Assembly: GCF_009914755.1 (NCBI RefSeq) | Contig: NC_060946.1 | Strand: one strand, 5' to 3' | Source of the DNA: the human T2T-CHM13v2.0 reference genome, Homo sapiens | Length of the DNA: 64,000 nt | Part shown: piece by piece, positions 24,201 through 39,200 of the stretch | Layout of the letters: each line of letters opens with the position of its first letter | Numbering within the stretch: position 1 is the stretch's first letter | Made by a program: the position numbers and the translations under genes | Notes under the pieces: model-generated | What the model was told of the DNA's origin: nothing | Database searches by the model: none | The model's input: the letters and a program-made list of their open reading frames with translations, nothing else

Positions 24201-27200
24201 TACATCAAATATATATTTTATTCTGTACATAAAATGTCAAGGTACACCAGATATATATTCTATAGTGTACATAAAATATCAAAGTACCCAAACTATAAAT
24301 TATATACTGTACATAAAATATGAAATTACATCAAATATATATTATATTAGGTACATAAAATATGAAAGTACATCAAATATAGATTATATACTCTACATTA
24401 AATACCAAAGTACCCCAAATATATATTTGATACTGTACATGAAATATCAAATTTCACAAACTATATATTATATACTGTACATAAAATATCAAAGTACCCA
24501 AGGTATATATTCTATACTGTACAAAAAATATCAAAGTACCAAAAGCATGTATTATATACTGTACCTAAAATATGAAAGTACATCAAATATATATTTTATT
24601 CTGTACATAAAATATCAAGGTACACCAGATATATATTCTATAGTGTATATAAAATAGCAAAGTACACAAACTATAAATTATGTACTGTACATAAAATATG
24701 AAATTACATCAAATATATATTAGGTACATAAAATATGAAAGTACATCAAATATAGATTATATACTGTACATAAAATATCAATGTACCCCAAATATATATT
24801 TTATACTCTACATGAAATATCAAAGTTCACAAACCATATATTGTATACTGTACATAAAATATCAAAGTACCCAAGGTATGTATTCTATACTGTACAAAAA
24901 ATATCAAAGTACCCAAAGCATGTATTATATACTGTACATAAAATAGGAAAGTACATCAAATATATATTTTATTCTGTACATAAAGTATCAAAGTACACCA
25001 GACATATATTCTATAGAGTACATAAAATATCAAAGTACCCAAACTATACATTATATACTGTACATAAAATATGAAATTACATCAAATATATATTATATTA
25101 GGTACATAAAATATGAAAGTACATCAAATATAGATTATATACTGTACATTAAATACGAAAGTACCCCAAATATATATTTTATACTGTACATGAAATATCA
25201 CAGTTCACACACTATATATTATATACTGTACATAAAATATCAAAGTACCCAAGGTATATATTCTATACTGTACAAAAAATATCAAAGTACCCAAAGCATG
25301 TATTACAAACTGTACATAAAATATGAAAGTACATCAAATATATATTTTTTTCTGTACATAAAATATCAAAGTACACCAGATATATATTCTATAGTGTACA
25401 TAAAATATCAAAGTACCCAAACTATACATTATATACTGTACATAAAATATGAAATTACATCAAATATATATTATATTAGGTACATAAAATATGAAAGTAC
25501 ATCAAATATAGATTATATACTGTACATAATATATCAAAGTACCCCAAATATATATTATATACTCTACATGAAATATCAAAGTTCACAAACTATATATTAT
25601 ATACTGTACATAAAATATCAAAGTACCCAAGGTATATATTCTATACTGCACAAAAAAATCAAAGTACCCAAAGCATGAATTATATACTGTATTTAAAATA
25701 TGAAAGTACATCACATTTATATTTTATTCTGTACATAAAATATCAAAGTACACCAGATATATATTCTATAGTGTACATAAAATAACAAAGTACACAAACT
25801 ATAAATTATATACTGTACATAAAATATGAAATTACATCAAAAATATATTAGGTACATAAAATATGAAAGTACATCAAATATAGATTATATACTGTACATA
25901 AAATATCAATGTACCCCAAATATATATTTTATACTCTACATGAAATATCAAAGTTCAAAAACCATATATTGTATACTGTACATAAAATATCAAAGTACCC
26001 AAGGTATGTATTCTATACTGTCCAAAAAATATCAAAGTACCCAAAGCATGGATCATATACTGTATATAAAATATGAAAGTACATTAAATATATATTTTAT
26101 TCTGTACATAAAATATCAAAGTACACCGTATATATATTCTATAGTGTACATAAAATAACAAAGTACACAAACTATAAATTATATACTGTACATAAAATAT
26201 GAAATTACATCAAATATATATTAGGTACATAAAATATGAAAGTACATCAAATATAGATTTTATACTGTACATAAAATATCAAAGTACCCCAAATATATAT
26301 TATATACTGTACATGAAATATCAAAGTTCACAAACTATATATTATATACTGTACATAAAATATCAAAGTACCCAAGGTATATATTCTATACTGTACAAAA
26401 AATATCAAAGTACCCAAAGCATGTATTATATACTGTACATAAAGTACGAAAGTACATCAAATATATATTTTATTCTGTACATAAAATATCAAGGGACACC
26501 AGATATATATTCTATAGTGTACATAAAATATCAAAGTACCCAAACTATAAATTATATACTGTACATAAAATATGAAATTACATCAAATATATATTATATT
26601 TGGTACATAAAATATGAAAGTACATCAAATATAGATTATATACTCTACCTTAAATACCAAAATACCCCAAATATATATTTTATACTGTACATGAAATATC
26701 AAAGTTCACAAACTATATATTATGTACTGTACATAAAATATCAAAGTACCCAAGGTATATATTCTATACTGTACAAAGTATATCAAAGTACCCAAAGCAT
26801 GTATTATATACTGTACATAAAATATGAAAGTACATCATATATATATTTTATTCTGTACATAAAATATCAAAGTACACCAGATATATATTCTATAGTGTAC
26901 AGAAAATATCAAAGTACAGAAACTATACATTATATACTGTACATAAAATATGAAATTACATCAAATATATATTAAGTACATAAAATATGAAAGTACATCA
27001 AATATAGATTATATACTGTACATAAAATATCAATGTACCCCAAATATATATTTTATACTCTACATGAAATATCAAAGTTCACACACTATATATTATATAC
27101 TGTACATAAAATATCAAAGTACCCAAGGTATATATTCTATACTGTACAAAAAATATCTAAGTACCCAAAGCATGTATTATATACTGTATATAAAATATGA

Positions 27201-30200
27201 AAGTATATCAAATATATATTTTATTCTGTAAATAAAATATCAAAGTACACCAGATATATATTCTATAGTGTACATAAAATATCAAAGTACCCAAACTATA
27301 CATTATATACTGTACATAAAATATGAAATTGCAACAAATATATATTAGGTACATAAAATATGAAAGTACATCAAATATAGATTATATACTGTACATTAAA
27401 TACCAAAGTACCCCAAATATATATTTTATACTGTACATGAAATATCAAAGTTCACAAACTATATATTATATACTGTACATATAATATCAAAGTACCCAAG
27501 GTATATATTCTATACTGTACAAAGTAACAAAGTAACAAAAGCATGTATTATATACTGTACCTAAAACATGAAAGTACATCAAATATATATTTTATTCTGT
27601 ACATAAATTATCAAACTACACCAGATATATATTCTATAGTGTACATAAAATAACAAAGTACACAAACTATAAATTATATACTGTATATAAAATATGAAAT
27701 TACATCAAATATATATTAGGTACAAAAATATGAAAGTACATAAAATATAGATTATATACTGTACATAAAATATCAATGTACCCCAAATATATATTTTATA
27801 CTCTACATGAAATATCAAAGTTCACAAACCATATATTATATACTGTACATAAAATATCAAAGTACCCAAGGTATATATACTATACTGTACAAAAAATATC
27901 AAAGTACCCAAAGCATGTATTATATACTGTACATAAAATATGAAAGTACATCAAATATATATTTTATTCTTTACATAAAATATCAAAGTACACCAGATAT
28001 ATATTCTATAGTGTACATAAAATATCAAAGTTCCCAAACTATACATTATATACTGTACATAAAATATGAAATTACATCAAATATATATTATATTAGGTAC
28101 ATAAAATATGAAAGTACATCAAATATAGATTATATACTGTACATAATATATCAAAGTACCCCAAATATATATTATATACTATACATGAAATATCAAAGTT
28201 CACAAACTATATATTATATACTGTACAAAAAATATCAAAGTACCCAAGGTATATATTCTATACTGTACAAAAAATATCAAAGTACCCAAAGCATGTATTA
28301 TATACTATACATAAAATATGAAATTACATCAAATATGTATTAGGTACATAAAATATGAAAGTACATCAAATATAGATTATATACTGTACATAAAATATCA
28401 AAGTACCCCAAATATATATTATATACTCTACATGAAATATCAAAGTTCACAAACCATATATTATATACTGTACATAAAATATCAAAGTACCCAAGGTATA
28501 TATTCTATACTGCACAAAAAATATCAAAGTACCCAAAGCATGTATTATATACTGTACATAAAATATGAAAGTACATCAATTATATATTTTATTCTGTACA
28601 TAAAATATCAAAGTACAACAGATATATATTCTATAGTGTCCATAAAATAACAAAGTACCCAAACTATACATTATATACTGTACATAAAATATGAAATTAC
28701 ATCAAATATATATTATATTAGGTACATAAAATATGAGATTACATCAAATATAGATTATATACTGTACATAAAATATCAAAGTACCCCAAATATATACTAT
28801 ATACTGTACATGAAATATCAAAGTTCACAAACTATATATTATATACTGTATATAAGATATCAAAGTACCCAAGTTATATATTCTATACTGTACAAAAAAT
28901 ATCAAAGTACCCAAAGCATGTATTATATGCTGTACATAAAATATGAAAGTACATCAAATATATATTTTATTCTGTACATAGAATATCAAAGTACACCAAA
29001 TATATATTCTATACTGTACATAAAATATCAAAGTACCCAAACTATACATTATATACTGTACATAAAATATGAAATTAGGTCAAATATATATTATATTAGG
29101 TACATAAAATTTGAAAGTACATCAAATATAGATTATCTATTGTACATAAAATATCAAAATACCCCAAATATACATTATATAATCTACATGAAATATCAAA
29201 ATACACAAACTATATATTATATACTGTACATAAAATATCAAAGTACCCAAGGTATGTATTCTATACTGTACAAAAAATATCAAAGTTCCCAAAGCAAGTA
29301 TTATATACCGTACATAAAATATGAAACTACATCAAATATATATTTTATTCTGTACATGAAATATGAAAGTACACAAGATATATATTTTATAGTGTAGAAA
29401 AAATATCAAAGTACCCAAAGCATGTATTATAAACTGTACATAAAATATGAAATTACATCAAATATATATTATATTAGGTACATAAAATATGAAAGTACAT
29501 CAAATATAGATTATATACTGTACATAAAATATCAAAGTACCCCAAATATATATTATATACTCTACGTGAAATATCAAAGTTCACAAACTATATATTATAT
29601 ACTGTACATAAAATACCAAAGTACCCAAGCTATATATTCTATACTGCACAAAAAATATCAAAGTACCCAAAGCATGTATTATATACTGTATATAAAATAT
29701 GAAAGTACATCAAATATATATTTTATTCTGTACATAAAATATCAAAGTACACCAGATATATATTCTATAGTGTACATAAAATATCAAAGTACACAAAACT
29801 ATACATTATATACTGTACATAAAATATGAAATTACATCAATATATATTAGGTACATAAAATATGAAAGTATATCAAATATAGATTATATACTGTACATAA
29901 AATATCAAAGTACACCAAATATATATTATATACTCTACATGAAATATCAAAGTTCACAAACTATATATTATATACCGTACATAAAATATCAAAGTACCCA
30001 AGGTATATATTCTATACTGTACAAAAAATATCAAAGTACCTAAAGCATGTATTATATACTGTATATAAAATATGAAAGTACATCAAATATATATTTTATT
30101 CTGTACATAAAAATCAAAATACACCAGATATATATTCTATAGTGTACATAAAATAACAAAGTACACAAACTATAAATTATATACTGTACATAAAATATGA

Positions 30201-33200
30201 AATTACATCAAATATATATTAGGTATATAAAATATGAAAGTACATCAAATATAGATTATATACTGTACATAAAATATCAATGAACCCCAAATATATATTT
30301 TATACTCTACATGAAATATCAAAGTTCACAATCCATATATTATATACTGTACATAAAATATCAAAGTACCCAAGGTATATATTCTATACTATACAAAAAA
30401 TATCAAAGTACCCAAAGCATGTATTATATACTGTACATAAAATATGAAAGTAGATCAAATATATATTTTATTCTGTACATATAATATCAAAGTACACCAG
30501 ATATATATTCTATAGTGTACATAAAATATCAAAGTACCCAAAATATACATTATATGCTGTACATAAAATATGAAATTACATCAAATATATATTAGGTACA
30601 TAAAATATGAAAGTACATCAAATATAGATTATATACTGTACATAAAATATCAAAGTACCCCAAATATATATTATATACTCTACATGAAATATCAAAGTTC
30701 ACAAACCATATATTATATACTGTATATAAAATATCAAAGTACCCAAGGCATATATTCTATACTGTACAAAAAATATCAAAGTACCCAAACCATGTATTAT
30801 ATACTGTATATAAAATATGAAAATACATCAAATATATATTTTATTCTGTACATAAAATATCAAAGTACACCAGATATATATTCTATAGTGTACATAAAAT
30901 AACAAAGTACACAAACTATAAATTATATACTGTACATAAAATATGAAGTTGCATCAAATATATATTAGGTACATAAAATATGAAAGTACATCAAATATAG
31001 ATTATATACTGTACATAAAATATCAATGTACCCCAAATATATATTTTATACTCGACATGAAATATCAAAGTTCACAAACCATATATTATTTACTGTACAT
31101 AAAATATCAAAGTACCCACGGTATATATTCTATACTGTACAAAAAATATCAAAGTACCCAAAGCATGTATTATATACTGTACATAAAATATGAAACTACG
31201 TCAAATATATTTTTTATTCTGTACATAAAATATCAAAGTACACCAGATACATATTCTATAGTGTACATAAAATATCAAATTACCCAAACTATACATTATA
31301 TACTGTACATAAAATATGAAATTACATCAAATATATATTATATTAGGTACATAAAATATGAAAGTACTTCAAATATAGATTATATACTGTACATAAAATA
31401 TCAAAGTACCCCAAATATATATTATATACTGTACATGAAATATCAAAGTTCACAAACTATATATTATATACTGTACATAAAATATCAAAGTACCCAAGGT
31501 ATATATTCTATACTGTACAAAAAATATCAAAGTACCCAAAGCACGTATTATATACTGTACATAAAATATGAAAGTACATCAAATATATATTTTATTCTGT
31601 ACATAAAATATCAAAGTACACCAGATATATATTCTATAGTGTACATAAAATAACAAAGTACACAAACCATAAATTATATACTGTACATAAAATATGACAT
31701 TACATCAAATATATATTAGGTACTTAAAATATGAAAGTACATCAAATATAGATTATATACTGTACATAAAATATCAATGTACCCCAAATATATATTTTAT
31801 ACTCTACATGAAATATCAAAGTTCACAAACCATATATTATATACTGTACATAAAATATCAAAGTACCCAAGGTATATATTCTATACTGTACAAAAAATAT
31901 CAAAGTACCCAAAGCATGTATTATATACTGTACATAAAATATGAAAGTACATCAAATATATATTTTATTCTGTACATAAAATATCAAAGTACACCAGATA
32001 TATATTCTATAGTGTACATAAAATATCAAAGTACCCAAACTATACATTATATACTGTACATAAAATATGAGATTACATCAAATATATATTATATTAGGTA
32101 CATAAAATATGAAAGTACACCAGATATAGATTATATACTGTACATGAAATATGAAAGTTCACAAACTATATATTATATACTGTACATAAAATATCAAAGT
32201 ACCCAAGGTATATATTCTATACTGTACAAAAAATATCAAAGTACCCAAAGCATGTATTTTATACTGTACATAAAATATGAAAGTACATCAAATATATATT
32301 TTATTCTGTACATAAAATATCAAAGTACACCAGATATATATTCTATAGTGTACATAAAATAACAAAGTACACAAACTATACATTATATACTGTACATAAA
32401 ATATGAAATTACATCAAATATATATTAGGTAGATAAAATATGAAAGTACATCAAATATAGGTTATATACTGTACATAAAATATCAAAGTACCCCAAATAT
32501 ATATTATATACTCTACATGAAATATCAAAGTTCACAAACTATATATTATATACTGTACATAAAATATCAAAGTACCCAAAGTATATATTCTATACTGTAC
32601 AAAAAATATCAAAGTACCCAAAGTATGTATTATATACTGTATATAAAATATGAAAGTACATCAAATATATATTTTATTCTGTACATAAAATATCAAAGTA
32701 CACCAGATATATATTCTATAGTGTACATAAAATAACAAAGTACACAAACTATACATTATATACTGTACATAAAATATGAAATTACATAAAATATATATTA
32801 GGTACATAATATATGAAAGTACATCAAATATAGATTATATACTGTACATAAAATATCAATGTACCCCAAATATATATTTTATACTCTACATGAAATATCA
32901 AAGTTCACAAACTATATATTATATACTGTACATAAAATATCAAAGTACCCAAGGTATATATTCTATACTGTACAAAAAATATCAAAGTACCCAAAGCATG
33001 TATTATATACTGTACATAAAATATGAAAGTACATCAAATATATATTTTATTCTGTACATAAAATATCAAAGTACACCAGATATATATTCTATAGTGTACA
33101 TAAAATAACAAAGTACACAAACTATAAATTATATACTGTACGTAAAATATGAAATTACATCAAATATATATTAGGTACATAAAATATGAAAGTACATCAA

Positions 33201-36200
33201 ATATAGATTATATACTGTACATATAATATCAATGTACCCCGAATATATATTTTATACTCTACATGAAATATCAAAGTTCACAAACCATACATTATATACT
33301 GTACATAAAATATCAAAATACCCAAGGTATATATTCTATACTGTACAAAAAATATCAAAGTACCCAAAGCATGTATTATATACTGTACATAAAATATGAA
33401 AGTACATCAAATATATATTTTATTCTGTACATAAAATATCAAAGTACACCAGATATATATTCTATAGTGTACATAAAATATCAAAGTACCCAAACTATAC
33501 TTTATATACTGTACATAAAATATGAAATTACATCAAATATATATTATATTAGGTACATAAAATATGAAAGTACATCAAATATAGATTATATACTGTACAT
33601 TAAATACGAAAGTACCCCAAATATATATTTTATACTGTACATGAAATATCAAAGTTCACAAACTATATATTATATACTGTACATAAAATATCAAAGTACC
33701 CAAGGTATATATTCTATACTGTACAAAAAATATCAAAGTACCCAAAGCATGTATTATAAACTGTACATAAAATATGAAAGTACATCAAATATATATTTTA
33801 TTCTGTACATAAAATATCAAAGTACACCAGATATATATTCTATAGTGTGCATAAAATATCAAAGTACCCAAACTATACATTATATACTGTACATAAAATA
33901 TGAAATTACATCAAATATATATTATATTAGGTACATAAAATATGAAAGTACATCAAATATAGATTATATACTGTACATAAAATATCAAAGTACCCCAAAT
34001 ATATATTATATACTCTACGTGAAATATCAAAGTTCACATACTATATATTATATACTGTACATAAAATACCAAAGTACCCAAGCTATATATTCTATACTGC
34101 ACAAAAAATATCAAAGTACCAAAGCATGTATTATAAACTGTACATAAAATATGAAAGTACATCAAATATATATTTTATTCTGTACATAAAATATCAAAGT
34201 ACACCAGATATATATTCTATAGTGTACATAAAATATCAAAGTACACAAAACTATACATTATGTACTGTACATAAAATATGAAATTACATCAATATATATT
34301 AGGTACATAAAACATGAAAGTACATCAAATATAGATTATATACTGTACATAAAATATCAAAGTACCCCAAATATATATTATATACTCTACATGAAATATC
34401 AAAGTTCACAAACTATATATTATATACCGTACATAAAATATCAAAGTACCCAAGGTATATATTCTATACTGTACAAAAAATATCAAAGTACCTAAAGCAT
34501 GTATTATATACTGTATATAAAATATGAAAGTACATCAAATATATATTTTGTTCTGTACATAAAAATCAAAGTACACCAGATATATATTCTATAGTGTACA
34601 TAAAATAACAAAGTACACAAACTATAAATTATATACTGTACATAAAATATGAAATTACATCAAATATATATTAGGTACATAAAATATGAAAGTACATCAA
34701 ATATAGATTATATACTGTACATAAAATATCAATGTACCCCAAATATATACTTTATACTCTACATGAAATATCAAAGTTCACAATCCATATATTATATACT
34801 GTACATAAAATATCAAAGTACCCAAGGTATATATTCTATACTATACAAAAAATATCAAAGTACCCAAAGCATGTATTATATACTGTACATAAAATATGAA
34901 AGTACATCAAATATATATTTTATTCTGTACATATAATATCAAAGTACGCCAGATATATATTCTATAGTGTACATAAAATATCAAAGTACCCAAAGTACAC
35001 ATTATATACTGTACATAAAATATGAAATTACATCAAATATATATTATATTAGGTACATAAAATATGAAAGTACATCAAATATAGATTATATACTGTACAT
35101 AAAATATCAAAGTACCCCAATTATATATTATATACTCTACATGAAATATCAAAATTCACAAACTATATATTATATACTGTATATAAAATATCAAAGTACC
35201 AAAGGCATATATTCTATACTGTACAAAAAATATCAAAGTACCCAAAGCATGTATTATATACTGTATATAAAATATGAATGTACATCAAATATATATTTTA
35301 TTCTGTACATAACATATCAAAGTACACAAGATATATATTCTACAGTGTACATAAAATAACAAAGTACACAAACTATAAATTATATACTGTACATAAAATA
35401 TGAAGTTGCATCAAATATATATTAGGTACATAAAATATGAAAGTACATCAAATATAGATTATATACTGTACATAAAATATCAATGTACCCCAAATATATA
35501 TTTTATACTCGACATGAAATATCAAAGTTCACAAACCATATATTATTTACTGTACATAAAATATCAAAGTAGCCAAGGTATATATTCTATACTGTACAAA
35601 AAATATCAAAGTACCCAAAGCATGTATTATATACTGTACATAAAATATGAAACTACATCAAATATATTTTTTATTCTGTATATAAAATATCAAAGTACAC
35701 CAGATATATATTCTATAGTGTACATAAAATATCAAATTACCCAAACTATACATTATATACTGCACATAAAATATGAAATTACATCAAATATATATTATAT
35801 TAGGTACATAAAATATGAAAGTACGTCAAATATAGATTATATACTGTACATAAAATATCAAAGTACCCCAAATATATATTATATACTGTACATGAAATAT
35901 CAAAGTTCACAAACTATATATTATATACTGTACATAAAATATCAAAGTACCCAAGGTATATATTCTATACTGTACAAAAAATATCAAAGTACCCAAAGCA
36001 TGTATTATATACTGTACATAAAATATGAAAGTACATCAAATATATATTTTATTCTGTACATAAAATATCAAAGTACACCAGATATATATTCTATAGTGTA
36101 CATAAAATAACAAAGTACACAAACCATAAATTATATACTGTACATAAAATATGACATTACATCAAATATATATTAGGTACTTAAAATATGAAAGAACATC

Positions 36201-39200
36201 AAATATAGATTATATACTGTACATAAAATATCAATGTACCCCAAATATATATTTTATAGTCTACATGAAATATCAAAGTTCACAAACTATATATTATATA
36301 CTGTACATAAAATATCAAAGTACCCAAGGTATATATTCTATACTGTACAAAAAATATCAAAGTACCCAAAGCATGTATTATATACTGTACATAAAATATG
36401 AAATTACATCAAATATATATTTTATTCTGTACATAAAATATCAAAGTACACCAGATATATATTCTATAGTGTACATAAAATATCAAAGTACCCAAACTAT
36501 ACATTATATACTGTACATAAAATATGAAATTCCATCAAATATATATTATATTAGGTACATAAAATATGAAAGTACATCAAATATAGATTATATACTGTAT
36601 ATTAAATACCAAAGTACCCCAAATAGATATTTTATACTGTACATGAAATATCAAAGTTCACAAACTATATATTATATACTGTACATTAAATATCAAAGTA
36701 CCCAAGGTATATATTCTATACTATACAAAAAATATCAAAGTACCCAAAGCATGTATTATATACTGTACATAAAATATGAAAGTACATCAAATATATATTT
36801 TATTCCGTACATAAAATATCAAAGTACACCAGATATATATTCTATAGCGTACATAAAATATCAAACTACCCAAACTATACATTATATACTGTACATAAAA
36901 TATGAAATTACATCAAATATATATTATATTAGGTACATAAAATATGAAAGTTCATCAAATATAGAGTATATACTGTACATTAAATATCAAAGTACCCCAA
37001 ATATATATTATATACTCTACATGAAATATCAAAGTTCACAAACTATATATTATATACTCTACATGTAATATCAAAGTACCCAAGGTATATATTCTATACT
37101 ATACAAAAAATATCAAAGTACCCAAAGCATGTATTATATACTGTACATAAAATATGAAAGTACATCAAATATATATTTTATTCTGTACATAAAATATCAA
37201 AGTACACCAGATATATATTCTATAATGTACATAAAATATCAAAGTACCCAAACTATACATTATATACTGTACATAAAATATGAAATTACATCAAATATAT
37301 ATTAGGTACATAAAATATGAAAGCACATCAAATATAGATTATATACTGTACATTAAATACCAAAGTACCCCAAATATATATTTTATACTGTACATCAAAT
37401 ATCAAAGTTCACAAACTATATATTATATACTGTATATAAAATATCAAAGTACCCAAGGTATATATTCTATACTGTACAAAAAATATCAAAGTACCCAAAG
37501 CATGTATTATATACTGTACATAAAATATGAAAGTACATCAAATATATATTTTATTCTGTACATAAAATATCAAAGTACACCAGATATATATTCCATAGTG
37601 TACATAAAATATCAAAGTACCCAAACTATACATTATATACTGTACATAAAATATGAGATTACATCAAATATATATTATATTAGCTACATAAAATATGAAA
37701 GTACGTCAGATATAGATTATATACTGTACATAAAATATCAAAGTACCCCAAATATATATTATATACTCTACATGAAATATCAAAGTTCACAAACTATATA
37801 TTATATACTGTACATAAAATATCAAAGTACCCAAGGTATATATTCTATACTGTACAAAAAATATCAAAGTATCCAAAGCATGTATTATATACTGTATATA
37901 AAATATGAAAGTAGATTATATATATATTTTATTCTGTACATAAAACATCAAAGTACACCAGATATATATTCTATAGTGTACATAAAATAACAAAGTACAC
38001 AAACTATAAATTATATACTGTACATAAAATATGAAATTAAATCAAATATATATTAGGTACATAAAATATGAAAGTACATCAAATATAGATTATATACTGT
38101 ACATATAATATCAATGTACCCCAAATATATATTTTATACTCTACATGAAATATCAAAGTTCACAAACCATATATTATATACTGTACATAAAATATCAAAG
38201 TACCCAAGGTATATATTCTATACTGTAGAAAAAATATCAAAGTACCCAAAGCATGTATTATATACTGTACATAAAATATGAAAGTACATCAAATATATAT
38301 TTTATTCTTTACATAATATATCAAAGTACACCAGATATATATTCTATAGTGTACATAAAATATCAAAGTACCCAAACTATACATTATATACTGTTCATAA
38401 AATATGAAATTACATCAAATATATATTATATTAGGTACATAAAATATGAAAGCACATCAAATATAGATTATATACTGTACATTAAATACCAAAGTACCCC
38501 AAATATATATTTTATACTGTACATCAAGTATCAAAGTTCACAAACTATATATTATATACTGTACATCAAATATCAAAGTACACAAGGTATATATTCTATA
38601 CTGTACAAAAAATATCAAAGTACCCAAAGCATGTATTATATACTGTACATAAAATATGAAAGTACATCAATTATATATTTTATTCTGTACATAAAATATC
38701 AAAGTACACCAGATATATATTCTATAGTGTACATAAAATATCAAAGTACCCAAACTATACATTATATACTGTACATAAAATATGAAATTACATCAAATTT
38801 ATATTAAGTACATATAATATGAAAGTACATCAAATATAGATTATATACTGTACATAAAATATCAAAGTACCCCAAATATATATTATATACTGTACATGAA
38901 ATATCAAAGTTCATAAACTATATATTATATACTGTACATAAAATATCCAAGTACCCAAGGTATATATTCTATACTGTACAAAAAATATCAAAGTACCCAA
39001 AGCATGTATTATATACTGTACATAAAATATGAAAGTACATCAAATATATATTTTATTCTGTACATAAAATATCAAAGTACACCAGATATATATTCTATAG
39101 TGTACATAAAATAACAAAGTACAAAAACTATAAATTATATACTGTACATAAAATATGAAATTGCATCAAATATATATTAGGTACATAAAATATAAACGTA

